From NCBI RefSeq assembly GCF_001194135.2, contig NC_068993.1, forward strand, positions 44,745,460 to 44,809,459: a stretch of 64,000 nt of DNA. Reading direction: 5' to 3'. This stretch comes from Octopus bimaculoides (taxonomy: Eukaryota). Below are positions 11,766-24,200 of this stretch, in pieces; position 1 is the first letter of the stretch, and each line of letters opens with the position of its first letter. The notes under the pieces were generated by a model. That model was not told where the DNA came from. It ran no database searches and saw nothing but the letters and a program-made list of their open reading frames with translations. Both the position numbers and the translations under genes were made by a program.

Positions 11766-13388
11766 TGTGTGTGTGTGTGTGTGTGTATACTTGCTATGCA
11801 GTAAGATCATGCATATTTCCTCTATACATGGAATATGGAAAATTCACATAATACAATTCTATAACATTTGATTGACAATTGAACAGGAAACAAAGATTAT
11901 TGCATGAGAAATGGAGAAAATTATAAATGATAGTTGGAGAAAACAATAAATGAGAGTTGACAAAATCTATAAATGGAATAAGTAGCTTGAAAAGGATTTT
12001 TAGTGATTAAAAATAAAAAGCTAATTAAACGTTATATACTGAGTCACTATGCAATGAGTGATTAGCTAATCATTGCCAAGATTAAAAGCTGAATATTTCT
12101 AGGAATGAATGGTGCAAAATTCTATATTAAATGCACTAAATAAATTTTGCAAGTATATATAAACAGACAACCAATGTCTGTTGGGCTTTATATATATAAA
12201 ATAATAATATTAGGGATAAAAATCCAAAATTACAGGTAAAAACTCAATTAATATCAATTTATTAAAAATTAAAATTAAATTAAGTTTCACAGTATTAAAT
12301 ATATATAAATATATAGTTTTAGGGAAAAGAACCAAGGTTTTCNNNNNNNNNNNNNNNNNNNNNNNNNNNNNNNNNNNNNNNNNNNNNNNNNNNNNNNNNN
12401 NNNNNNNNNNNNAGTATGAAGAAATATAGCTATGTAGCGATAGTGAGTAATAATTGATGCTGTCAGTAATAGAAATATAGCCAACCAATATAAAAGAAAA
12501 TACAAATAGAGAAATATTGTCGCATGAAACAGTGTTGAATATATTTCATTTGTGTAGTTACATTTAACATGTCCAAATGTATTTGAATATGTGAGGACCT
12601 TCCACTGTGGACATTTGTTTGATGTAATTCATTTAATTCTAGCTTGACCAAGCTTTATGAGCATCAGAAAATGTACCATATGCCGTTTTAATAGGAATAA
12701 TTTTCTTCTTGTTGAGCTGTGAATGACAAATTCAGTGTAAAAGGATGCAGAATTGCATGCATCCTGTGATCCAACGAAGTCATTCACAGCCCGTTATGTG
12801 TTTTCAGTCATATCAAGGAGGAGAATTTCCTTCTGAAATTATTTCTGCTGTGAAAGGTCTTACCACATCTGAATGTGCATGAGTGTGTTAAATGTGACAA
12901 ATAAAGAAGTAGAACCAAAAGGAAAAGAAATGCTGGAAGCCATAGGAAAGTGAGATTATACTTTATTGTAGTATGAAATGGTAGGTAAAGTATGGCTGTA
13001 TGGTTAAGCAGTTCACTTCATAACCATGAAGTTTTGGGTTCAATTCCACTGCCTGGCATCTTGGATAAATGCCATTTTCTAAAGCCTAATATATATCTTG
13101 TGAGTGAAATTGGGTGGATGAAAACTGTAGAAAAGCTTGTTCGGGTGGAGAGGATTGTACATGTAATTCAAGAGGTACAACCATGTCACACAGTGTCATG
13201 TTGATTCTTCGGCCCGAACATTATGAGTGTAATACTCAGCCACTTATACATTAATTTAGTTTGTAAAACAATTTAATTCTCATTGTCAAATGACACTAAT
13301 TGGCATTCTCGGTTCTCTTAGCCTTAATTGCCTCAAAAGTCTCGTATTGCCACACACAAGAACAGTGTAAGTAATAAATGTATACACG

Positions 13389-13407
13389 TAGCGCCACCTG
13401 TGGTCAC
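13389..13407 (-). promoter_or_regulatory. Candidate CTCF motif in CpG-retaining intergenic patch
   Basis: Reverse strand GTGACCACAGGTGGCGCTA versus consensus TGGCCACCAGGGGGCGCTA. Confidence 0.4.
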
Positions 13408-14141
13408 ATAGTGAACTAAACTGATGGACACAGGAATTTCAAGTTCTCCCTTGTAATTTATCCCAATTAAACGACGTGACGGACTATTCATTGCAAGAAA
13501 ATCGCTGGTGCACGTGTATCAGTAAAAATTGCAGAGTATAGGGGAGATAAGCAGAGCCGCTGATCGTATCTCAGATGAGACATTACAAATAAATTTAGTT
13601 ACTGGAAAGCGAAATTAAAATAAGCACCAATTAAGTCAAGGTTAGATATAATAATATAAGGCTCACCAGGATGTTATATATACAAATAAACTGGTAAAAG
13701 GCAGAGAGATAAGAAGCATGAGTCTACAAAAAAGGGTCAATATATTTCTTCCAAAAGCAATATATTTATCAGCCTACTTATCTATCATTTATAGTTTTTC
13801 TCCAGTTCTCATGTCACAATATTTGTTCCATGGCCAGCTATCAATCAACCGTTATGATTTTTCCATATTCTGTACTGTATTGTTCTGTTGATGCTTTTCT
13901 GAGATAAGCTTGATTCTTCTTTCTATCAGTTCCATCTTTCTTCTGTTCCATCTTTTCCTCTTCCCTCTTTTAAAATATCTATTGTTGCTTCCAACAAATA
14001 ACCATTTTCCTTTGTTAGTACCATGATGCTGATTATTTTTCCATGTCAACACATGTATAAAAGCCACTGTTTTATAATACATTTATTCTTACCTTGGATA
14101 AGATACATCTATTGAAGCAACTGTAATGTTGTCAGGTATTA

Positions 14142-14184
<43 letters not shown>

Positions 14185-14261
14185 TTACAAATTAAAAGGG
14201 TAAAGGTTTATCAATTTATTAATTTATTAATAAATCAACAATTAATAATTTTTACTAAGCC

Positions 14262-15259
14262 NNNNNNNNNNNNNNNNNNNNNNNNNNNNNNNNNNNNNNN
14301 NNNNNNNNNNNNNNNNNNNNNNNNNNNNNNNNNNNNNNNNNNNNNNNNNNNNNNNNNNNNNNNNNNNNNNNNNNNNNNNNNNNNNNNNNNNNNNNNNNNN
14401 NNNNNNNNNNNNNNNNNNNNNNNNNNNNNNNNNNNNNNNNNNNNNNNNNNNNNNNNNNNNNNNNNNNNNNNNNNNNNNNNNNNNNNNNNNNNNNNNNNNN
14501 NNNNNNNNNNNNNNNNNNNNNNNNNNNNNNNNNNNNNNNNNNNNNNNNNNNNNNNNNNNNNNNNNNNNNNNNNNNNNNNNNNNNNNNNNNNNNNNNNNNN
14601 NNNNNNNNNNNNNNNNNNNNNNNNNNNNNNNNNNNNNNNNNNNNNNNNNNNNNNNNNNNNNNNNNNNNNNNNNNNNNNNNNNNNNNNNNNNNNNNNNNNN
14701 NNNNNNNNNNNNNNNNNNNNNNNNNNNNNNNNNNNNNNNNNNNNNNNNNNNNNNNNNNNNNNNNNNNNNNNNNNNNNNNNNNNNNNNNNNNNNNNNNNNN
14801 NNNNNNNNNNNNNNNNNNNNNNNNNNNNNNNNNNNNNNNNNNNNNNNNNNNNNNNNNNNNNNNNNNNNNNNNNNNNNNNNNNNNNNNNNNNNNNNNNNNN
14901 NNNNNNNNNNNNNNNNNNNNNNNNNNNNNNNNNNNNNNNNNNNNNNNNNNNNNNNNNNNNNNNNNNNNNNNNNNNNNNNNNNNNNNNNNNNNNNNNNNNN
15001 NNNNNNNNNNNNNNNNNNNNNNNNNNNNNNNNNNNNNNNNNNNNNNNNNNNNNNNNNNNNNNNNNNNNNNNNNNNNNNNNNNNNNNNNNNNNNNNNNNNN
15101 NNNNNNNNNNNNNNNNNNNNNNNNNNNNNNNNNNNNNNNNNNNNNNNNNNNNNNNNNNNNNNNNNNNNNNNNNNNNNNNNNNNNNNNNNNNNNNNNNNNN
15201 NNNNNNNNNNNNNNNNNNNNNNNNNNNNNNNNNNNNNNNNNNNNNNNNNNNNNNNNNNN
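14262..15259. other. Assembly gap (largest); others at 1137-1197, 6553-6748, 12343-12412, 38264-38363, 55935-56189, 61787-62528
   Basis: N runs. Confidence 1.
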
Positions 15260-18200
15260 ACTCGGTTTTGCTAAATTCTGTCTTGTAAATAAATTGCTCT
15301 CTGTTTTTTTTTCTTAACTATTTAAAGATGTATTGATTAATTTTTATTTTGTTATCATTGTCAAATTTCCTGCTTTCAGTAATTTTAAATTTAAAAAAAA
15401 AGAAATAAGAACAAAAAGCACCCTCAATCATTGAATAATTGGATCATGCACCTAAATAAGAAGTCGATGCAAATGTTTGATTAAACTGTGAAACTGTATC
15501 CACCCACCAACTGCTTTACCAATCAAAAAATACTGTCTCATATTCTATATATCATATTATAACTTGTTTTATTACTGCTACGTAAGTTGCTTGGATTCTA
15601 CTACACCTGTAAATTCAATATGTTATGCTATAAGTTATGTTATATCATGCATTTCTGACTTGGTTTCTAGATATATTTTGTCCTATTATTTTATTGCAAG
15701 TACTCATTCTTGCCATTATAAAATGAAGCTTTCATTCTTGATGGGCTCCCTGTTAAAATAGTTTCTTGCTCTTCAGTGACTGATTAAATTGATTTCAGTG
15801 TAGGTTTTTTTCATATTTGAAAACTTACACAAAGTTTCTTTTAATATATATCTATATCTAAATATCATTGTGTGGTGAAGAACACTTTAGATTATAAATG
15901 AACTCCTGGCAATCAAAATCTGGGACTTTAGTTTTTATTCCTGCTTGCATCCAATTTATATCAACTTACCTTGATTGCTAATGCTCTTGAGAACAGAATG
16001 ATGAATGTTGCACAGTCTCTTGATTCAAACCCTATAATTGCAAGGTATTATACCAACATGTGTAACAAATTAATATTTAAATATCATTGAAATGTTTGAA
16101 TAATTTTAGATCAATCATATCAACTAATTGTTATTCTTGTTATTATTTTTTTTTAAATAAGATTTATTTCTAAATTTATACAAAAAAAAATATTTAAAGT
16201 TTACATATCAGATTAATATAATTTTACTATTCTGAGAATCTCAGAGTATTTTTTCTAGCAATAGATCTGCCTCCAAAATATGAATTATTTTTGAAATACA
16301 ATACTATTTAGACAATGTCATACTGCTGTGATCTTTTGCATATGAAAGTAAACTCTAATTTGGCAACAATCATCATACAATATAAACCAAATCTATTTAT
16401 TGTTCCTTTTTGAAGATTTACCCCAATAATTTGTTCAGTTGTATTGTGTTGCTCTGTTATTGGATAATGAGAAAATATAGAAGCAATACTATCATCATTT
16501 AATTGCTATACTAATGTTTAATAATTAAGAATGTTCTAGTGTGGTTAGAAGCCTAATAATGTTTAAACCAAACAAAGAACTATTTAATACTGCTTTCTTA
16601 TTAGGAAAGCATCATGGCTCAGCTGTTGAATCACAGCATTCTAAATGGAATGAGATGACTTGGCACAACTGTGTGGACACAGGATTTGACACTGTGAACT
16701 GGACATTCGGTTTGTTTTGGTGACAATGCTTTTTTGGTGCTGGAAGCAAACACTCAATCATATATGTGCAGAAATATACACATACAGATTGAAAGTGAGA
16801 GAGATAGAAAGAGAGAGGAGGGAGAGGGAGACATTACACTTTATTAATTGAATATGATTGGCAAAAACTTTCCCCTCTCCTCATAGATATAGAGAAATAT
16901 GCTAACAGATATAAACACTAAGAGAGAGAGAGAGAGAGAGAGATGGAGGGAAGCATGAGAAAAATATTGAAGATGCATGATGTCAAATAAATCAGTGCTG
17001 GATCAGCTGGTGTCAAATAAGTGGCACCAAAACATCTCATACATGACTCTAAGATAGAGGTTGATAGTTTAGTCCCTCTGCGCAGCTGAGATTTTTTTCA
17101 ATTTGCATTAGCTCTACAATTAAAAGTATAGAGGAGCCAGAATGCTTTATAATGTCTTATTGTTGTTTACAACTTGAAATTTTGTAGCTTAAGGTTTGAT
17201 ATCTGCTTTCGTACTTATATCAGGAAGAAGTAATAATAAATGAAAGACATTATAAGGATTAACTTGATTCCACAAGTTGAGTGTTTAAAAAGGAAAAAAA
17301 ATGATACAGCCTTATATTACTGATTTGGTAATTTAAGTTTGTAGTATTTGGTTAATGTTCTTAATACCCATTCTTGAAACGTTTTTGATAACCTGATCTT
17401 GTCTTATTGTATATAGATTTGTTATAAAAATCCTTTCGAGATTCTTTTTTTTTTCCTAATCTTTACAAGATTTGATATATGCATTTCTATATTTTATCTT
17501 TGTACAGTTTTATTGTTTTAGCAAATATCTCCATTTTCTAACAAATCTATTTTTAAGTGTTTAATGCCCAAATTTGAAGATATATTAATAAGTTGCAGTA
17601 ATATTACAAAAAAAAACAAACAAATAAAACAAAAATTCTAAAAATTAAAATTATTTTATTCATTAAATTACAAAAAAAAAAAAATTGAAAAATAAATCTA
17701 TATTAAAATTTGAAAAAGATCTGACTAAACCCCCCCCCCCCAAACTTGAACGAAAGATCTGATAAAAAGTGGAAGTTTGAGGTGAGGTGATATTCTCTCA
17801 TTGCTTAAATAAAGTTGTGTATATTTGGCTTGTAAATATGAATTACCCTCTTAAATGTAATGTCAATCTGTGAAATAAATATATATATAACATTGCATGG
17901 AATACATATATATCCAAATACATACATATACATACACACATGTTTTGACCAAAGTTTTTTTTACTTGTTTTCTAAATTTTACTTCTGTTTCAAAATACTG
18001 TCACTTAAGTCTTTTACTTCCTATAGAGTATATGCCATCAATGGCTTTTCTTCACTGTTATCGTCTCTAGGCTGTCTTTTCTGCTTCTTTCCTGATGGAC
18101 CCTCTATTTCCTTGCAGCTTTCTATTAGATTTTGCTGCACTGTGTCACATTTTTCTAAGAGAAGACCTTCCTCTCCCAGGTCTTGTTTGTTTTGAATTGT

Positions 18201-19431
18201 TATCAATGCTTCTGTAACATTGCTTTTTTCTAGGTAGGAGTGTTGGCCTTACACAAATCCATTTTTAACTTTGCAAAGAGGTGACCCATATTAGTCTGGC
18301 CTCTATCCACTAACCTGCCCAGAATGGAAGACCCTACCAGGAACTTGCACTCTGCTGGCTTAGCTCTTAGGCTCACTGAGACACACAAACCACCACACCA
18401 CAAGGACTGGACCTTGTGGTAGAACATGTCAGCCAGCCAGCCAATAAAGAACCTCTACATAGCCATTTAACATGTTAGGAATAGCAGCCAACCCCACTCA
18501 AATTACAACCTACCATCTTGAAAAGAAGAGGACACAATCTAATACCTAGATAAGCAATCTCTAAGAAAAGACCAAAGGTGTTCTATTGCTAGAACACCAG
18601 GTCTGCTCAGTTAAGCTAATCTGAGGCTAGACAACAATAGGCTCTTGGACGTCTTTAGGGGACTCAACCCTGCTACAAGCATTCAGATCAGGTCTCTGGT
18701 TTGAGGATAACTCAATTTCTTGCTGTGCTACTTCCTTCTGAAGCAACCCAACCAACCCATGATTTCCCTTACCTGACAAACTATATATAAAAAAATTGTA
18801 TGCACCAGTATACAGTTGTCTTTTTTTTTTTTCTTTGTTGGAAAATGTTTTTACTGTTGAATGTTCTTTCTACAGGAATCACTTAACCAAAATAACTAAG
18901 TGCCGTAATTGTGGTATGATTTGAACTTATGACTGTGTAGCTTTTTTTTTTTTTTTTATCCAAGAACAGGAAGAGTCTGGCTATCAAATTTAACTCATAA
19001 AGCTTTGGTAGACTTTTGCTGAAGGTGCTGTTCGGTGCAACTGAACGAAAACCATATAGTGGTGAAGTAAATTTCTTAACCACATAGCTATGCTTGCATA
19101 AATCTACTCAGCCTGGGGTTAACCAACAACTCTCTACCACTTCATGGTAGATGTTTTAAGCTATGTCTGACTAAACCTGAACAAGGTTGGATATATAGCA
19201 GCAGCTCTTATCAAACACTACAGCTATATCCTGTACTCATCAGTTACAATATTTGTTGAGTTTACTACCAACAGAAAAGAGTTTACATGGAAATCCTTTA
19301 ATAAGTAATCTCAGTGGTTAGTTTGTTTGTTTATTACAAATGTTATTTCTACTATGTTCAACTTGTCTGCTTTTGGTACAGTTTTTGTTCACAATGAACA
19401 TTCTCAGTGCTTTATTTTCCTCAGGATTTTT

Positions 19432-19678
19432 CATCATCATCGTTTAACGTCCGCTTTCCATGCTAGCATGGGTTGGACAATTTGACTGAGGACTGGTGAA
19501 ACCGGATGGCAACACCAGGCTCCAATCTGATTTGGCAGAGTTTCTACAGCTGGATGCCCTTCCTAACGCCAACCACTCAGAGAGTGTAGTGGGTGCTTTT
19601 ACGTGTCACCTGCACGAAGGCCAGTCAGGCGGTACTGGCAACGGCCACGCTCAAAATGGTGCATTTTATGTGCCAGCG
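19432..19678 (-). mobile_element. Young (GAT)n-tailed retroposon
   Basis: catcatcatcgtttaacgtccgctttccatgctagcatgggttgg... near-identical to other young copies. Confidence 0.85.
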
Positions 19679-19869
19679 GAATATTTTTAAATTATTGTTA
19701 CACATTAGTCACATTTTTCTGAAAAGAATTCAAATAATACAAAAAAAAAAACACCACCACAATGATTAAGTGTCTTTGACTAGAACATAGTACAACATTA
19801 ATGAGAAGCTACGCCCTATTGATTCTTAGACCCCTACTTACTCAAACTGTTGATTTCCATGTATGTGGA

Positions 19870-20190
19870 GACCTGTGGTTTTGTGGCTAGGGATATTCGG
19901 GTCATGACAGTAAGGTTGTGAACTTGATTTCTGGTGGTGTATTATGTCCTTGAGCAAGGTACTCATTTTATCTTGCTCCAGTCCACTTAGTTGGCAAAAA
20001 TGAGTTGTAGCTGTAATTCAGAGGGCCAACCATGTCACATTCTGTGTCATGCTGAATTTCCATGAGAACTACTTTAAGGGTACATGTGTCTGTGGAGCGC
20101 TCAGCCTATTACATATTAATTTCATGAGAAGGTTGTTTTGTTGATTGAATCAACTGGAACCCTTGTTGTTACCAACAGAGCCCCAGTTTT
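19870..20190 (+). mobile_element. SINE with Meta/V-like central domain
   Basis: gtccttgagcaagg...ttgctccagtccact.agttggcaaaaatgag; related segments at about 35800-36030, 38893-39110, 42470-42700. Superfamily label is from recall. Confidence 0.6.
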
Positions 20191-20747
20191 ATTTTCATGT
20201 ATTATTTTACTGCTATGTTTATATCATTGTGGTGTTCTTTACATAGTTTAGCCTCTAAATAAAGTAGATTTTCATTGATTCCATCAATGAGGATTCAGTT
20301 GTTTGATCAACTGAATTAATTGCTCATTGATTTAGTTTGTAAGTGGCAAAACAGTCCACAGGCACATGTACACTTAATATAATTCCGTGGGGGAATCAGT
20401 ATGTCACAGTGACAAGGTTGTAACTGAAAATTACAGGGATAATCTAGCCAAAGGGCTTTGATACAGTTTCTGTCTGTCCAATTTCACTTGCAATGTGATA
20501 GTTTTAACCATTTGGCTTACAAAAAATTAGGTACTTTATTTAGAATTTTTAGTTTGTATTACATTTATTAAAAATGAACTAATTATTTTTGGCAGTACAT
20601 CTACCTATACATCATAGCACATTGGTGTGGTACAGTGCAGTGATAAGGATGTACACGGTTGCCAACTGAATTAAGTTTCACTATATGAATATATCAAAAC
20701 TAAACAATAGAAAATTGAGCAACACAGATATGTTGTTAAAAGTTGTT

Positions 20748-20753
20748 TTTATT
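20748..20753 (-). terminator. Candidate NUP58 polyadenylation signal AATAAA
   Basis: About 290 nt after the stop, followed on - by U/GU-rich tgtgttg...ttttctattgttt; further AATAAA at 20564-20569 and 20535-20540. Confidence 0.5.
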
Positions 20754-21039
20754 GTTGAGATGTTTAATGACAAATGGCAAAAATTACAGATGAAGTCAAA
20801 TGGATTCCGTGAGGAAGAAGATACAATGTCTGAGTAATTTTGTTTTTAAATATAAAAATAACACAGAAAAGTATTGTATTTTTTTTTTTTTACTTTTACA
20901 TATAATTATCTTAAAAACAAAGTTAGAATTCAGTGTATTATTAAATTATTAATGTGGATGATAGTAGAAATAGTCAAACATTTTTTATGTATGTACAAAA
21001 TGTGCTTTGTCAGCTGGCTCAGCTTTACATTGTTAAACA

Positions 21040-21278
21040 TTACCGTTTGCCTCGCTTACTGGCTGGTGGAGGTGGTTTTTGTAATTGAAAAGCTCTGTTC
21101 TGGCCTCCAGCTAACTGTTGTCCATCTCCGGTTCCAAAGTTGGGTTGCGTTGTCGACAGATTATTGAATGAGAATGTTGCTCCAGTTGCAGTGTTGGGTT
21201 GTGTACCGAGTAGCCCCGACTGTGTTGTTGTGCTTCCTGATGTACCAAATAGACTTCCTGGTGTGTTGAGGATCGTTC
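21040..21278 (-). CDS. NUP58: NUP58 last coding exon (GTILNTPGSLFG...SKRGKR*)
   Basis: ttttgttag| acceptor, TAA at 21042-21040. Confidence 0.94.
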
Positions 21279-24200
21279 CTAACAAAACAGGTGACAAAAG
21301 AAATTCAAGGATTGTGACGACAACAGAATCAATTCTAATCAAAATGTTATTCATATACAGAAAGATTAATTCACTTCTACAATGTCCACGCACTCACACA
21401 TCAGATTCTAAACATTGTAATACATGCTTTTTAAAGAGAAGCTAAAATTTTAATTGAAGAACATGCGAGCAATGTATTTTACTTAATCGATTTTTTTTTT
21501 CTGTACAACCTGGAAAAAAAAATATTGTAATTAGTCAATAAGGAAACAGAACTTCAACAAATGCATAAACAACAACTTTTCATTTAACCCTTTAGCATCC
21601 AGATTATTCTGTCAAATGTAATGCTTATTTACTCATATTGTTTTTCAATTCGTCATGCATTATCTTCTAGCTTTGAGATGTTGAAGATTGTTTATTTTAG
21701 AGTGAAATTATACTGTAGATGGCAGAGGCCAGATCTGGCCAGTTTGAACATACAACAGAATATTTTGGCTGGATATGGCTGGTTTGAATGCTAAAGGGTT
21801 AAATTGTCCAGATCCAGCTTATCACACTTATCCTACAATGTAATTCTATAAATAAACAATCGCATCATTGAAATCTCATATCTTTGAGATAATGCATGAT
21901 TATTTCATAACGATGTGAATAAATAAGTAAAGCATTACATTGGACAGATCTGAATGCTAAAAGATTAAGGTAAAATTTTGTAAATATTATCATTATTAAA
22001 TTCTTTAAATTGTTTGTGTGAGTGTGAAAGAGAAAAAAATTTAGTTTTTGTCTTGATTTTGTGCAAACTGAAAGATTTTTTGAAACTATTTCTAGTCACC
22101 GACTTAGCGCATTACCATACGTGTTACTAATTATCCTATTTAATTCTGAATGAACTAACATTCGCTAAAGGGTTGAGAATTTCATTTAATCATTAGTACT
22201 GTCTTGTTTCTATATTTTAGATTTGAAAAGTGGGAAACAATTAAGCTCCCTTATACCTTGTTCAGATAAACGTGGAAGTCAAAGAAATGGAATTATTAAT
22301 TCTCCATATCTACCATATTCGATGGCATATAAGATGGACTTTTTCCCCAAAAAAACTTGTCTCAAAAGGATGACCTAGGGTGCTATATGCAAAGTCAGGA
22401 CTCCCATAAGCTTTAATGTACTAATAACATTTTTCCTTGAAATATAGACTGCTACAATTGAGGCAGATCTGATATGCCCATGCATCTTTTATGCCATCAA
22501 ATACAGTAATTCCAGGGACCCTCTGCATCAGTGGTCCTCAACTGTGGGCCATATAAAGATTTTTGTGTAGAAATTTATGTGCAATAAATTGGTTATATCT
22601 CCACAATACACAAAATATTAAAATTTTTTATACATTTCCTATTTAATTATAATGGTATTCTAGGATTTTTTTTTAAACATTGAATAGCTTTGAGGGTTCA
22701 GTTGAGTGAAATAGGAATCAAGGGGGGGGGGGTCCATAGGCAAAAATAATTGAGAACCATGGTTGTTTGGCTTAAAATATCAATCAAATTTTCTTAAATC
22801 ACATTTGTATGTGTAAGACTATGTCATACAAAGATAAACTGGTCATGGCTAGAATGCTTCTAATCATAAATTTGCTCAGGGCTGACCTGGGTCTCATGCA
22901 GAAAAAAACATTGTACAATGAAAGGTAAACCCCGGGCCAGTTTGGTTTGTGCAACTCATTTTCAATTCTTGGTTAAATATTTTATTCCAAGTAACAAATG
23001 CTTTTGATAAAAATCATAACATATGAGCCTTGTAAAGTAGGAATAAAATTTATTTCCTTTCTTGAAGAATTTAAATAAAAAATGTGTTGTGTGCTAATTG
23101 AAGATGGGCAGCCACAGACGGAGAAATGATGAAGTCAGATCTTTGGATGCTGGTGATCTCCAAAGATGAAATCAAAGGCAGTTGGAAACACACTCATCAG
23201 CAGACATGTCAAATGCATATTAGTGCTTTATAGTACTAAATTGAGGCAGAAAAATTATACTACTGGGGATAAGTTTAGTATCAAAATTTCTTGGTAGAAA
23301 AATTTAACAGATTCTTTTCCCTATTGCTTGAGACGTTTAAACTATCTCTTTCCTACCCATCATACCTACTTATAGCTACGCAAACTGGGATATAGAAAAT
23401 TGTCTTGGTCATGAAAACATGGATTCATGTTACAAAATGTTGAGCCTCCAAGGAAAGAGTTTGACTTCCTTTTGAGTTGTTCAGCTAACTGCAAACCGTT
23501 CAACAGTAAGCAAACAGCTTAGTGTATGACTACGACAAGGACAATGAATTGAAAGAATCATTAGAGGGTTGGACAAAATTTCTGGTATTTATTTCCAGTT
23601 CTCAGTTCAAATCCCACTAAGGTTAACTTTGCTTTTAACTCTCTGGATCTTATATAATTGACTGTACTCTTTACAAGCTTTAATTATCTCCATGACCACC
23701 CACCATAATATAAGACAACACTCAAAATTATTTTGCTGGTAACATTACGGTAATTAAGGTTTTGAATTGCGTTTGGGGGGAAAAAAAAAAAAAAAAATCC
23801 AAGGCTACTTCTACTTTAACAATCAAAACATTGTATGTGTTTGATAATACTTATGATACTCCTAGCAATCTGCTGTGGTAATTAGTTAAAAACCATGGTT
23901 ACAGACTAAGCACATATTTTACAAGTAGTTAAGTTGAGGTCCACACCCACCTCCTTTATTGCTGTTATACCTTGCACTTCTCTCCTTATGACAACCAATT
24001 AGTCATAATTTCATACTGATATTACATGTAGACTGAAAAAAAAGTCCGTAACCTTACCGACAATAACATTTTCAGTGTTAGTAGTTTCAACAGTAGGATT
24101 TTCAATTTGATCAGAACTAATGGTCTTGGAGTTTTTGATGTACAAGAGGAGAAAGTCCTGAATACACAGAATTTTAGCTATTCATTTGATTGAGTGAAGT

